Counted from the first letter of the stretch, positions 6,708 through 16,609 are shown. The stretch: 64,000 nucleotides of DNA from Bacteroidota bacterium (GCA_030833525.1 JAURGZ010000003.1:4324-68323), one strand, 5' to 3'. Translations and numbers: made by a program. The notes: a model not told the origin generated them from the letters alone.

Positions 6708-9322
6708 GATTTCGCCTTTTTCAAGGCCTCATCTAAACCAGGCAACCATTTGCCTCCAGCCGTTGCAAAGAATGGCTGGCCACCACCGCCGCCTTGGATT
6801 TCTTTGCCACACTCACGCACCCATTGGGAAGCGTTCCAACCTTTCTCGGCCACCCATTGATCATCAATGTAAAAGGCCAATCCCGGTTTTTCAGAAGCCT
6901 CAAAAGCAATCAAAACAACGGGATTACCCAACTCTTGCTTCAACTGAAAACAAAGCTGTTTGGCGGCATCGGCACTGGGCAAATTCAATTGAGCCACTAC
7001 AGTTGGAATGCCTTGAATGGTTTCCACTTGCTGCAACAACTGAGACTTGGTATGCTGCAATTGTTGACCTTCGAGCTGCTCCAATTGTTTCTTGGATTTA
7101 CTCAGTTCTTCTTGGGTCTTGTTCCAAGTGGCCAATGCATCAGCCGGATGTCCCATGGCTGCTTCTAGCTGGGCCAACAGCGACAAACGCTGATTGATCA
7201 TATCCATGGCTGCCTCTTGGGTGATGGCCTCAACGCGACGAACACCAGCCGCTACACTGCTTTCAGCTTTCAACTTAAAGAGTTGTATGTCGCGTGTGTT
7301 GCGAATGTGGGTTCCTCCACAGAGTTCTATCGAATAAGCGCGATCAAAAGCGATGACTCGTACTTGGTCGCCATACTTTTCACCAAAAAGAGCCGTGGCT
7401 CCCAAGGCTTTTGCTTCCTCAATGGGCAAATTACGCATTTCCTCCAAAGCAATGGCAGCTTGAATTTGCTCATTCACTCGTTGCTCTACCTGTTGCAATT
7501 CTTCCTCGCTCATTTTAGCAAAATGCGAGAAGTCGAATCGCAGCTGCTTATCGTTCACCAAAGAGCCCTTCTGCGCTACGTGTTCACCCAAAACTTCTCT
7601 GAGCGCCGAGTGCAACAAATGGGTAGCGCTGTGGTTGCATGAAATTCGAAAACGGCGGGCAGAATCTACCTCGGCCGCAAAAACCTGATCCAAACGATTC
7701 GGCAAATCCTCGCAGACCAACAAATGCAGTTTATTCTCTTTTTGAGTGTCCAATACGCGAATGCGTTGACCGTCTTCACAGCCAACGAGGTATCCGCTGT
7801 CGCCCACCTGACCGCCACTTTCAGCGTAAAAGGGAGTTTCATCCAATACGATGTGGACTTGAGTCTTTCCCTTCTGCTCCACGCTGCGGTAGCGGCTGAT
7901 GCGAGTCGTTACCTGCTCATGATCATAGCCCACAAATGACTCTGAGGACTGGGGCAAGCATACCATCCAATCACCGGTGGCTTTAGCCGCATCAGCACGG
8001 CTGCGCTCTTTCTGCTCATTCAAGGCCTTTTCAAAGCCAGCTCGGTCCACTTGAATGCCATTTTCACGAGCGATCAACTCTGTCAAATCATAGGGGAACC
8101 CAAATGTATCGTACAGTTCAAAGGCCATTTGCCCGTCAACGGATTGGCCGGGATTCTGTTGCAAAAACAATTGAATGCGGCTCATACCCGTGGCCAGGGT
8201 GCGGAAAAAGCTCAACTCTTCCTCTTTGACCACCTTAGAGACGAATGAGGCCTGCTGATTCAACTCAGGGAAGGCCGAGGCGAAGAATGAGGCCAAACCG
8301 GGCACCAACTCGCACAAGAAGGGCTGCTGAAGCCCGAGATAACTGTATCCGTATCGCACAGCACGGCGTAGAATTCGACGAACGACATAACCCGCTCCCG
8401 CATTGGAAGGCAGTTGACCATCGGCGATGCACAAAGCCACCGCGCGAATGTGATCGGCAATGACTCGAAAGGCAATGTCTTGTGCTTCGGCATCGCCATA
8501 GGCGTGACCGCTCAGCTGTGCCGTTTTCTCAATCAAATACTGAAAGATATCGGTATCGTAGTTGCTGCTTTTCCCTTGAATGGCGCGGGTGAGGCGCTCA
8601 AAACCCATACCCGTATCTACGTGCTGCTCGGGCAATTTGACCAGCGAACCATCGGCTTGGCGATTGAACTCCATGAAAACCAAGTTCCAAATTTCAATCA
8701 CTTCGGGGTGGTCCTTGTTGACCAAGGAAGAACCATCCATTTGGGCTCTTTCACTGGCCGAACGCATGTCGAAGTGAATTTCGGTACAAGGACCGCAGGG
8801 ACCAGTATCGCCCATTTCCCAAAAATTGTCTTTTTTATTGCCGTTGATGATGCGCGAAGTGGGAACCCAGCGCAACCAGCGGTCATAGGCGGCTTGGTCG
8901 AATGCTACATTCGATTCGGAATCTCCCTCAAATACCGTCACATACAATTGGTCTTTGGGCAACCCGTACACACTGGTTAGCAATTCCCAGGCCCAGTCAA
9001 TGGCCTCTTCTTTGAAATAATCACCAAAACTCCAATTGCCCAGCATTTCGAACATGGTGTGGTGGTAATGATCGTGCCCAACCTCATCCAAGTCGTTGTG
9101 TTTGCCGCTTACACGCAAACACTTTTGGGTATCAGCGATGCGCTTTTGAGAGGCCTGTGCATTGCCCAGAAAATAGTCTTTGAATTGGTTCATGCCCGCA
9201 TTGGTGAACATCAAGGTGGGGTCACCTTTCACCACGATGGGTGCAGAAGGAACGATTTTGTGTCCTTTTTGGGCAAAAAACTCCAGGTATTTGGCGCGTA
9301 TTTCTGAGCTGCTAAGGGCCAT
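6695..9322 (-). CDS. alaS: Alanine--tRNA ligase
   Basis: From MALSSSEIRAKYLEFFAQKGHKIVPSAP: FTNAGMNQFKD, GKHNDLDEVG, WSFGDYFK, the editing-domain HSATHLLH and CGGTH, and a C-terminal DHHA1-like GGGGGQ. The start at 9322 is supported by the -7 box at 9330-9337. Confidence 0.95.
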   Translation of the reverse strand: MALSSSEIRAKYLEFFAQKGHKIVPSAPIVVKGDPTLMFTNAGMNQFKDYFLGNAQASQKRIADTQKCLRVSGKHNDLDEVGHDHYHHTMFEMLGNWSFGDYFKEEAIDWAWELLTSVYGLPKDQLYVTVFEGDSESNVAFDQAAYDRWLRWVPTSRIINGNKKDNFWEMGDTGPCGPCTEIHFDMRSASERAQMDGSSLVNKDHPEVIEIWNLVFMEFNRQADGSLVKLPEQHVDTGMGFERLTRAIQGKSSNYDTDIFQYLIEKTAQLSGHAYGDAEAQDIAFRVIADHIRAVALCIADGQLPSNAGAGYVVRRILRRAVRYGYSYLGLQQPFLCELVPGLASFFASAFPELNQQASFVSKVVKEEELSFFRTLATGMSRIQLFLQQNPGQSVDGQMAFELYDTFGFPYDLTELIARENGIQVDRAGFEKALNEQKERSRADAAKATGDWMVCLPQSSESFVGYDHEQVTTRISRYRSVEQKGKTQVHIVLDETPFYAESGGQVGDSGYLVGCEDGQRIRVLDTQKENKLHLLVCEDLPNRLDQVFAAEVDSARRFRISCNHSATHLLHSALREVLGEHVAQKGSLVNDKQLRFDFSHFAKMSEEELQQVEQRVNEQIQAAIALEEMRNLPIEEAKALGATALFGEKYGDQVRVIAFDRAYSIELCGGTHIRNTRDIQLFKLKAESSVAAGVRRVEAITQEAAMDMINQRLSLLAQLEAAMGHPADALATWNKTQEELSKSKKQLEQLEGQQLQHTKSQLLQQVETIQGIPTVVAQLNLPSADAAKQLCFQLKQELGNPVVLIAFEASEKPGLAFYIDDQWVAEKGWNASQWVRECGKEIQGGGGGQPFFATAGGKWLPGLDEALKKAKSMLG

Positions 9323-9329
9323 AGTGGCG

Positions 9330-9337
9330 CAAAGATA
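9330..9337 (-). promoter_or_regulatory. -7 box (TATCTTTG), 7 nt upstream of the alaS ATG
   Basis: The reverse strand reads TATCTTTG-cgccact-ATG. Confidence 0.4.
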
Positions 9338-9355
9338 CAGCCGGTGAAGCGGTAC

Positions 9356-9383
9356 AAAAAGCAAAGGGCACCCAAAGGTGCCC
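9356..9383 (-). terminator. Intrinsic terminator after pckA
   Basis: Reverse strand: GGGCACC-tttg-GGTGCCC followed by TTTGCTTTTTG. Confidence 0.6.
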
Positions 9384-9406
9384 TTGAAAAAGTACAATGT
9401 GTAACC

Positions 9407-10999
9407 TTAGGCCTGAGCGCGCATGGCAGGAGCTGCGGCTTTGATTTCGGCACTGGAGCCTTCGGCAAACTTTTCAAAGTTGGCATTGAAAAGCTGAGCC
9501 AGTTTGTCGCACTGGGCATCATAGGCTTCGGGATCGCTCCAGGTATGACGAGGATTCAACAACTCCGCAGGCACCGAGGGACATTCCTCAGGCATGTACA
9601 CACCGAATACCGGGTGTTGCTCGAAGCTGCCTACCAATTGCCCGTCAAGGGCTGCTGTAATCATGGCACGGGTGTATTTCAATTTCATGCGCTCACCTAC
9701 TCCATAGGGTCCGCCGGTCCATCCCGTGTTGACCAACCAAACGTTGACCTGGGGATTTTGCTTCAATTTCTCACCCAACATTTGAGCGTATTTCGCCGGA
9801 TGCAAAGGCAAAAAAGCTTGACCGAAGCAGGCTGAGAATGTAGCTTGAGGCTCGGTAACACCGGCTTCAGTTCCCGCAACTTTGGCCGTGTAACCGCTGA
9901 TAAAATGGTACATCGCTTGAGCGGGGCTCAACTTGCTAATGGGAGGCAATACACCGAAGGCATCGGCTGTTAAGAAGAAAATGTTCTCGGGAGCTTTACC
10001 CACAGAGGGCACCGCGATTCCTTCAATGTGATCAATGGGATAAGCCACCCGCGTATTTTCAGTAACGCTGATATCGTCATAATTGGGGACATTGGAATCT
10101 CCCATGAATCGAACGTTTTCTACCAATGCGCCTGGCTTAATGGCATTCCAAATTTGGGGTTCTTTTTCTTCCGTCAAGCCTACGCATTTGGCATAGCATC
10201 CGCCTTCGAAATTGAAAACAGAGTTATCTCCCCAACCGTGTTCGTCATCGCCAATCAGGGCGCGTTGAGGATCGGCAGACAAAGTCGTTTTTCCTGTTCC
10301 TGACAAACCAAAAAAGACGGCTGTGTCACCTTTTTTGCCAATGTTCGCACTGCAATGCATAGATAGCACACCGCGCTCTTGGGGCAATATGTAGTTCAAA
10401 ACACCAAAAATGCCCTTTTTGATTTCGCCGGTGTAACCACTACCGCCAATCAAAATGATTTTGCGGCTCATGCTGACAACGGTGAAATTGTGCTGGCGCG
10501 TGCCATCGCGTGAAGGATCGGCTTTGAAGCTGGGAACAGCCAATATCAGCCACTCAGTCGGAGCTTGCTCGATTTCAGTTGCGCTAGGACGCAGAAAGAG
10601 GTTTTTGGCAAATAGGTTTTGATAGGCACTCTCGGTGATCACCTGAATGTTCAACCGATAACGATCGTCAGCGCAAGCATAAGCGTGACGCGCGTACAAG
10701 GTGCGTCCCTCTAAGTGCTCGCACATGTGACCCAGCAGAGCATCAAATGCTTCGGGTTCGAAAGGCTGGTTTACCGATCCCCACCAAGCGGTTTGGGCCG
10801 TAACCTCATCGTTGACCAGGAATTTGTCTTTGGGGCTGCGGCCGGTAAATTCACCGGTGTCGGCAGCCAATGCTCCTTTGTCTGTCAAACGACCCTCTCC
10901 CGTGGAAAGAGCGCGATCAATGAGTTCTTGTGTACTGAGATTGTTGTAAACCTGCGAAGCGCGGCTTTTAATTCCTGCAATCAGTTCGGCATTATTCAT
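9407..10999 (-). CDS. pckA: Phosphoenolpyruvate carboxykinase (ATP)
   Basis: 530 aa. TGRSPKDKF, the kinase-1a FFGLSGTGKTTLSADP, IGDDEHGW and NTGWTGG. Confidence 0.95.
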   Translation of the reverse strand: MNNAELIAGIKSRASQVYNNLSTQELIDRALSTGEGRLTDKGALAADTGEFTGRSPKDKFLVNDEVTAQTAWWGSVNQPFEPEAFDALLGHMCEHLEGRTLYARHAYACADDRYRLNIQVITESAYQNLFAKNLFLRPSATEIEQAPTEWLILAVPSFKADPSRDGTRQHNFTVVSMSRKIILIGGSGYTGEIKKGIFGVLNYILPQERGVLSMHCSANIGKKGDTAVFFGLSGTGKTTLSADPQRALIGDDEHGWGDNSVFNFEGGCYAKCVGLTEEKEPQIWNAIKPGALVENVRFMGDSNVPNYDDISVTENTRVAYPIDHIEGIAVPSVGKAPENIFFLTADAFGVLPPISKLSPAQAMYHFISGYTAKVAGTEAGVTEPQATFSACFGQAFLPLHPAKYAQMLGEKLKQNPQVNVWLVNTGWTGGPYGVGERMKLKYTRAMITAALDGQLVGSFEQHPVFGVYMPEECPSVPAELLNPRHTWSDPEAYDAQCDKLAQLFNANFEKFAEGSSAEIKAAAPAMRAQA

Positions 11000-11028
11000 G
11001 AATAATCAAATAAATTTGAATGTTGCTG

Positions 11029-11036
11029 CAAAGGTA
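11029..11036 (-). promoter_or_regulatory. -7 box (TACCTTTG), 29 nt upstream of the pckA ATG
   Basis: The reverse strand reads GGTACCTTTGCAGC and matches TAnnTTTG. Confidence 0.3.
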
Positions 11037-11134
11037 CCGAGCCCTTTTGAGCCTAACGCCAAACTAAGACTCGTTTGCCACTCTGTAGTTACGCACAGCC
11101 AATTCTTGGGTTTTGCCCACCACATAAAGTACAC

Positions 11135-11881
11135 ATGAAATTGATTTACAGCATATTAAGACAAAAGATAAATACCAAAAGTGTTTCGATGACACCAAGT
11201 CTTTTGTGCATTATTTTTTTCTCATTGGCTTTCAGTTCCAAGCCCCTAAAGGCCCAACCCTATCGGTTGAATGGGATGCGTGACGTTTCTATTTGGGCTC
11301 TATCTGGAACCCATTATTGGATCAACAAAAACTGGGAGAATCGCATTCCCTTAGAGGGGAATTATTGGAGAACTGTGGGCTTCGACAAATGGGCTCCCAC
11401 TGAATTGACCAAACCGTTGGCCTGGGCATCTGATTTCACCGCAAATGCCTGTTTCACTGGTTTTGGAGCTTTGGGTTTCTTTTTGCCCCAAGATGCCCGG
11501 CTGGGTTATTGGCAGCTGGGAGCCCAAAACGTGCTCCTAACAGCCAACATCACGCAAAGCATCAAGATGACAGCCCGCAGGGCTAGACCCTTCAATCAAC
11601 CCGGTTACAACTTTGACCATAAAGATCAGTTTTACAGCTTTTTAAGCGGCCACAGCTCAACTACAGCTGCAGCTGCTACCACCGCATGGCTGGCCATGCG
11701 GGAATACCCCGACTTGCGTCTTACGGCCAATATCATCGGTTATTCTACCGCGGCTTTAGCTGTGAGTACCGCCACCCTGCGGGTGGCGGCCGGAAAGCAC
11801 TACCCAAGTGACGTAATTGCCGGAATTGCCTTGGGTGTTGGAGTATCTGTATTGAATCAAAAAATCCATGAACGTTTCTAA
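11135..11881 (+). CDS. PAP2 family (type 2 phosphatidic-acid-phosphatase-like) membrane phosphatase
   Basis: KMTARRARP (KX6RP), SGHS, and RVAAGKHYPSD (SRX5HX3D-like). The start is uncertain: ATG at 11135 or 11189, while the ORF track uses TTG at 11075. Confidence 0.7.
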   Translation: MKLIYSILRQKINTKSVSMTPSLLCIIFFSLAFSSKPLKAQPYRLNGMRDVSIWALSGTHYWINKNWENRIPLEGNYWRTVGFDKWAPTELTKPLAWASDFTANACFTGFGALGFFLPQDARLGYWQLGAQNVLLTANITQSIKMTARRARPFNQPGYNFDHKDQFYSFLSGHSSTTAAAATTAWLAMREYPDLRLTANIIGYSTAALAVSTATLRVAAGKHYPSDVIAGIALGVGVSVLNQKIHERF

Positions 11882-12488
11882 ACTTTTCCTCGCTCTGTTT
11901 GCTTTAGTTTCGTGTTCCTACAAAGCGCCTATGCAAGACCCTGTTAAACCCTCGTTGAGCCACGCCGTCCTAGCTGGAGGCTGTTTTTGGTGCCTAGATG
12001 CCGTATACCGAGAAATGAAAGGTGTCGAAAACGTCATCAGCGGCTATAGCAACGGTTTGGTTAAAAATCCAACCTATAGAGAAGTGTGTACAGGACGCAC
12101 CGGCTGTGCTGAAGTTGTTCGAATTGAATACGATAGCAGCCAGGTGACGTATGCAGAATTGCTGGAAGTGTTTTGGCGCATTCACAACCCCACTACCTTG
12201 AATCGCCAAGGCAACGATGTGGGAACCCAGTACCGCAGTGGCATTTTTTACGAAACCGAAGAACAGCGTTTGCTGGCTGAAGCCAGTATGTCAGCCGCTC
12301 AAGAATCAGGCCTTTGGGAAGATCCCATAGTTACGGTGATCGAACCGTTGCGTGATTTCTCAGTAGCCGAAGACTATCACCAAGATTATTACCGGCAAAA
12401 CCCCAATCAACCCTATTGCACCTTTGTAGTCGGTGAGAAAGTAAAAAAATTCAAGGAGCTGTTTGCTGATAAGCAAAAAGGGCTCTAA
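11868..12488 (+). CDS. msrA: Peptide-methionine (S)-S-oxide reductase MsrA with a lipoprotein signal peptide
   Basis: GGCFWCLDAVY, GYSNG, NPTYREVCTGRTGCAEVVRIEYD and DYHQDY. The N-terminus MNVSKLFLALFALVSC has an L-V-S-C lipobox. It overlaps the PAP2 gene by 14 nt. Confidence 0.9.
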   Translation: MNVSKLFLALFALVSCSYKAPMQDPVKPSLSHAVLAGGCFWCLDAVYREMKGVENVISGYSNGLVKNPTYREVCTGRTGCAEVVRIEYDSSQVTYAELLEVFWRIHNPTTLNRQGNDVGTQYRSGIFYETEEQRLLAEASMSAAQESGLWEDPIVTVIEPLRDFSVAEDYHQDYYRQNPNQPYCTFVVGEKVKKFKELFADKQKGL

Positions 12489-12808
12489 CCTTTGGTTTTG
12501 TATCCTTTTGATTGGAGAAACTGACGCACTTTGTCGAGTGTATCTCCTTGAATCAGAATATCGCCATCTTTCGATGAACCCCCTGTTCCACAATGGTTCT
12601 TCAATTGCTTTTCAAGCAATTTCAAATCTTCATTTCGCCCGACAAAATCTTTGATGACTACACAGGGTTTGCCATTGCGAACCTCTCGTCGCACATACAA
12701 ACGCTGTTGTTCAGGGCTCAGGGTATCTTCTTCTTGTTCCGCTTCAAACTGAAAGTCAGGATTGGTGCTATACACGATGCCATTTCGGCCTTTGTTCTTA
12801 TTGCTCAT
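12485..12808 (-). CDS. Translation initiation factor SUI1/YciH family protein
   Basis: From MSNKNKGRNGIVYST: RREVRNGKPCVVIKDF, LKNHCGTGGS and ILIQGD. The ATG forms an ATGA overlap with the stop of the upstream SDR gene. Confidence 0.85.
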   Translation of the reverse strand: MSNKNKGRNGIVYSTNPDFQFEAEQEEDTLSPEQQRLYVRREVRNGKPCVVIKDFVGRNEDLKLLEKQLKNHCGTGGSSKDGDILIQGDTLDKVRQFLQSKGYKTKG

Positions 12809-13572
12809 GACTGGTTTTTTCGGTGAATGACAGAAGCTTGCGGCTGTGCCTGTGGCATGATGACCAAGTCGTTGATGTTCACGTGCAAAGGGCGGGAAAT
12901 CACCCACGAAATGGCCTCAGCAATATCAGGGGCTACCAAGTTCTCAAACCCTAGGTAGACTGAATCAGCGCGAGCCTGATCGCCTTCAAAACGAACCAAA
13001 CTAAACTCGGTGTCAACAGCCCCTGGATGTATACCTGAAACCCGAATGCCATCTGCCGCTAATTCCAAACGCATGGCTTGGGTAAGCGCATCGACAGCAT
13101 GCTTAGACGCGCAATACACGTTACCGTTGTCATAGACTTGTTTACCTGCTATTGAACCGATGTTGATGATGTGGCCCGACTGGCGTTTGCGCATTCCCTG
13201 AGAAACGGCTTTGCTCATGTACAACAAGCCCTTGACGTTGGTATCGAGCATGGTATTCCAATGTTCCAATGATCCTTCGTAAAATTTCGATAGACCTAAT
13301 GCCAATCCCGCATTGTTGACCAAAATCTGTACATTTGACCATTCGGGAGGCAGCGATTGTACGAACTGTTCACAGGCCTCAGCATCGCGCACGTCAAAAA
13401 CAGCCATGCGAAATTCAGAATCGTCTAACTTGAGTTCAGCTTGAAGCTCTTTCAAGCGTTCGGATCTGCGAGCAGTCACCAACAAGCGATATCCATCACG
13501 GCTCAATGCTGCGGCGGTAGCGCGGCCTATACCGCTGCTCGCTCCGGTAATCAATGCAATGGGTTTAGGCAT
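12805..13572 (-). CDS. SDR family NAD(P)-dependent oxidoreductase (YdfG-like)
   Basis: ALITGASSGIGRATA (TGxxxGxG), NNAG, and the catalytic YCASK. ATG at 13572 (MPKPIAL). Confidence 0.85.
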   Translation of the reverse strand: MPKPIALITGASSGIGRATAAALSRDGYRLLVTARRSERLKELQAELKLDDSEFRMAVFDVRDAEACEQFVQSLPPEWSNVQILVNNAGLALGLSKFYEGSLEHWNTMLDTNVKGLLYMSKAVSQGMRKRQSGHIINIGSIAGKQVYDNGNVYCASKHAVDALTQAMRLELAADGIRVSGIHPGAVDTEFSLVRFEGDQARADSVYLGFENLVAPDIAEAISWVISRPLHVNINDLVIMPQAQPQASVIHRKNQS

Positions 13573-14302
13573 AAGCAATGGCAATCATATTGGGGCTCAA
13601 CAACACGCCGCGGGTACTGCGACCGGTTGCAAACAAGGTCCATTTCAATCGAACAGTCAACAGCGCAAATGACAATCGTCGAAGCAGCTCTTTTGCCAAT
13701 CCGGCCACTTTCATATCAGAAGGCTGTAAGGAGACATGGGTAAATCCAACGGCCTTCAGCACTTGTTCCAAACTCGAGGCATTCAAATAGTTTTCGTGCG
13801 TAAAGTCCCCTTGAGCGAACACAGATGCCATGGGGGCATCCAAATTGGGAGTACGAAGCAGCAAGCGGCCACCTGGCTTCAAACTGGACTTGATAGCACT
13901 CAGCAATTCCACCAGTTCATCTTTGCTGAAATGCTCGATGATATCAGCAGCCAACACGGCGTCGTATTGCTGCGATTGCTGCCGAATGTGAGCCAGTGCA
14001 TCGCCTTCTTCCACTTCGTTGATCCCCCACTGTTTGGCTTGTTGAACCTGCTCTGGAGATAAATCCATGCCCAAACAGCGATGAAAACCCATCTCCTTCA
14101 ATACAGCAATCAAAGAACCAGAGCCACAACCCAGGTCAAAAACCGATGCCTCGCGAGAAAGCGAAGCAACCAGAGGGCCAAATTCCCTTCGAAAACGATC
14201 TTTTTCGCGGTCATGCAAGGCAGCTGAATCTACCAATGCAGCACGTCCACTTTGGGTGCTGTGGTAACGCGCATACAAGGTAGAGCGGTAGTTGAAACTC
14301 AT
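13565..14302 (-). CDS. Class I SAM-dependent methyltransferase
   Basis: Motif I VFDLGCGSGSL and post-I GMDLS, with an LKPGGRLLL-type motif. Confidence 0.7.
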   Translation of the reverse strand: MSFNYRSTLYARYHSTQSGRAALVDSAALHDREKDRFRREFGPLVASLSREASVFDLGCGSGSLIAVLKEMGFHRCLGMDLSPEQVQQAKQWGINEVEEGDALAHIRQQSQQYDAVLAADIIEHFSKDELVELLSAIKSSLKPGGRLLLRTPNLDAPMASVFAQGDFTHENYLNASSLEQVLKAVGFTHVSLQPSDMKVAGLAKELLRRLSFALLTVRLKWTLFATGRSTRGVLLSPNMIAIAYA

Positions 14303-14307
14303 GATTG

Positions 14308-14751
14308 TTAGCTTTTCAAGGGTATATCAACCGCAATCATCAAAGAGGTAGCAGTAGCCACCAGACGGTCTTCCCCATCGGGTTGCACGTCATAGAGCTC
14401 ACCTTCGCAAAACAGCAAGGTATTGCCGGCCTTTCTGACCCTCCCAATGGCTTTTACCCTAGCCCCTACTGAGGGGTTTAAATACGAGATTTTCAGCTCG
14501 GCGGTGACCACATTCTTGCCCTCAGGCGCTTGGGTATAGGCTGCAATTCCGGTTGATACATCCAGCAGCGAAGCCGTTACGCCCCCGTGCAAGAATCCTG
14601 TGTGTTGCAAATGCCGCTCTTCTACGTTCAACCAAACCTCAGCGAATCCTTCGTTCAGATTCCCCAACTCCATGCCCAAATGGTGCACAAAGTGGTTCTC
14701 CTGCAAGCGAGAATTCATGTAAGCTTTCAAATCGTCTATGCTCTTTTTCAT
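14308..14751 (-). CDS. PaaI-family hotdog-fold thioesterase
   Basis: From MKKSIDDLKAY: FVHHLGMEL, LQHTGFLHGGVTASLLDVSTG. ATGA overlap with the gldB-like stop. Confidence 0.8.
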   Translation of the reverse strand: MKKSIDDLKAYMNSRLQENHFVHHLGMELGNLNEGFAEVWLNVEERHLQHTGFLHGGVTASLLDVSTGIAAYTQAPEGKNVVTAELKISYLNPSVGARVKAIGRVRKAGNTLLFCEGELYDVQPDGEDRLVATATSLMIAVDIPLKS

Positions 14752-15827
14752 TTTATGGGATTGTAAGCCGAAGCCTGCAGCAAGCGAACGGCGTCGTCTT
14801 GGGTCCAAAGTTCGCCCAAACTGACCTTGTTTTTCTGCAAATAGGCCTGAACCATTCGGTAGCCCGTGAAATAACCAATTTGAGGGGGACAATCAGCAGG
14901 AATTCCGGCTCCAAATGTTTGGGTGCCATAGGCAAAAAAGCGCTTATAGGCATTGAATTCGGTGCTGTAAAGCAACTGTTGTTCCAAGTAATAGCGCCAA
15001 ATCTGCCCTTCTTCCTGGAGCAAATAGGTCCATTCTTTTTCGCTGTAGCCGAAGAGTTCATATACTGGCACATCGGGAAAAACAGCTTCTACCGTTGACC
15101 ATACTTTACCCCAATAAATGGCTTGGTCGATCATGCGCTTTTGATTGGGTTCGGGATAGGCATAATGCAGGTAATGCGCCACCAGCAAACTGGGAATCTG
15201 TTCAGGTTCGTTGAAGCGCTTGAAAAACAGGGGAACATCCAGCATGTCGTACAAGGCACAGCTGTCTCTTAGAAACATTTCGGCGCTGTAACCCAATTGA
15301 ACCCCGCCCTCAGCGGTATCAACCAAGGTATTGTAATTGCTAAACTGGGAAAAATAGGGCCACAATTGAGCTTGGGGTGTTTGGGGCAAGGCTTTTTGCA
15401 ATCGAGCCCAAGCCATTTCCAAGGGACGCTTGAAATCGGGAACCGATGCATAATGCTGCTTCACGGCTCTGAAAACGGGCTTATTCACTTCCAACCAATA
15501 GGCAAAAGGCTGATGCAAGGGAGCGTAGAGGGTATCTGTCGGAGCCCCGGGCGGCAAATAGCGCTGAAAATCCATGACCCCGTAAAACCAATTGTAAAAA
15601 AAGGACCCGTAGGTATTGCCCAATTCTTGGAATTGCGACACCGTAATGCCGCTTTCCGAATAACGAATCAGGTCTTGTAGAAAGGGCATTTCGGGTATCT
15701 CTTGCACCTGGCTCGATTCTATCTCGACTGTTACAGGAGAGCGTTCCTGGCTGCAACTGTGTAGCAGGAAGACGACAGCGAAACTGGCCCATAGCCCGCA
15801 ATTGATGAAAATGTGTTTAGTTTGCAT
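14748..15827 (-). CDS. gldB: Gliding motility lipoprotein GldB-like
   Basis: Lipoprotein signal FAVVFLLHSC. The C-terminal region (WRYYLEQQLLYSTEFNAYKRF...PPQIGYFTGYRMVQAYLQKN) resembles my recollection of GldB (W.YF....LY......RF...PGR.G.W.G..MV). Recalled from memory, not aligned. Confidence 0.55.
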   Translation of the reverse strand: MQTKHIFINCGLWASFAVVFLLHSCSQERSPVTVEIESSQVQEIPEMPFLQDLIRYSESGITVSQFQELGNTYGSFFYNWFYGVMDFQRYLPPGAPTDTLYAPLHQPFAYWLEVNKPVFRAVKQHYASVPDFKRPLEMAWARLQKALPQTPQAQLWPYFSQFSNYNTLVDTAEGGVQLGYSAEMFLRDSCALYDMLDVPLFFKRFNEPEQIPSLLVAHYLHYAYPEPNQKRMIDQAIYWGKVWSTVEAVFPDVPVYELFGYSEKEWTYLLQEEGQIWRYYLEQQLLYSTEFNAYKRFFAYGTQTFGAGIPADCPPQIGYFTGYRMVQAYLQKNKVSLGELWTQDDAVRLLQASAYNPIK

Positions 15828-15835
15828 GGACGATT

Positions 15836-16609
15836 ATGAAATCCCTTAAATGCGTTGTTGCGATTGCGGCCTTGGGCTTAGGACTGGGCCTTCCTTCTAC
15901 AGGAAAAGCTCAATCTGGCGAAAAGGCCATGTTTGGCTTCAAAATTAGCCCAAACTTTTGTTGGGTAAAAATCATGGAAGGCCCCATGCAAAACAATGGC
16001 TTGGGATTGGGCTTTAGCTACGGGATTACCGGCGATTTCTCTATGTTTAAAAGTGAGAACTATTGGCTAGCCACCGAACTTCAAATCACCACTCTTCCTA
16101 GCAAAGTGGGATTTACGGGCACCCTGCTTCGAGAAACCGATTCCAGCGACATGGCTTACAACGATGTGCGTTTTGACTACAACATGCAATATTTGCAGTT
16201 GCCCATATCGCTAAAAATGCGCACCACTCATGTGGAAGGTATGGGATTCTGGTTTCAATTCGGCCTAGCACCCTCTATTGCTATGCAAAGCCGTGTGAGT
16301 ACCCGCAGCAACCCTGAAATTTACGATGCCGCGGTCGGCGTGAATTCGCACAAGCCCAATGAAACCACCAATTCGGTCTATGACTTTGACGGGGGTAGCA
16401 ACGCCACGGCTACGGCTCAATACATCGACGATGTAGCTGGATTTCGCCTGCCCATGATCATTGGGGCCGGCATCGAAAAAGAAATGGGGGGCAATGCCAT
16501 GTTTGTGGCCGGTTTGCGATTTGACAATGCCTTCACCGACCTTTTCAAAGACAACCGGGTGGTGGGTCGAAACAACCTGCTCAGCATGCAAATGGGTGTG
16601 GTATTCTAA
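15836..16609 (+). CDS. Outer-membrane beta-barrel protein (porin-family-like)
   Basis: Signal peptide ending GKAQ, alternating beta-strand pattern, and a terminal aromatic residue (..GVVF). Confidence 0.55.
   Translation: MKSLKCVVAIAALGLGLGLPSTGKAQSGEKAMFGFKISPNFCWVKIMEGPMQNNGLGLGFSYGITGDFSMFKSENYWLATELQITTLPSKVGFTGTLLRETDSSDMAYNDVRFDYNMQYLQLPISLKMRTTHVEGMGFWFQFGLAPSIAMQSRVSTRSNPEIYDAAVGVNSHKPNETTNSVYDFDGGSNATATAQYIDDVAGFRLPMIIGAGIEKEMGGNAMFVAGLRFDNAFTDLFKDNRVVGRNNLLSMQMGVVF

Noticed and set aside
9323-9397. 25-codon N-terminal extension of alaS in the ORF track
   Set aside because: It would run through the pckA terminator and the alaS -7 box. The conserved AlaRS N-terminus starts at MALSSSEIRAKYL.
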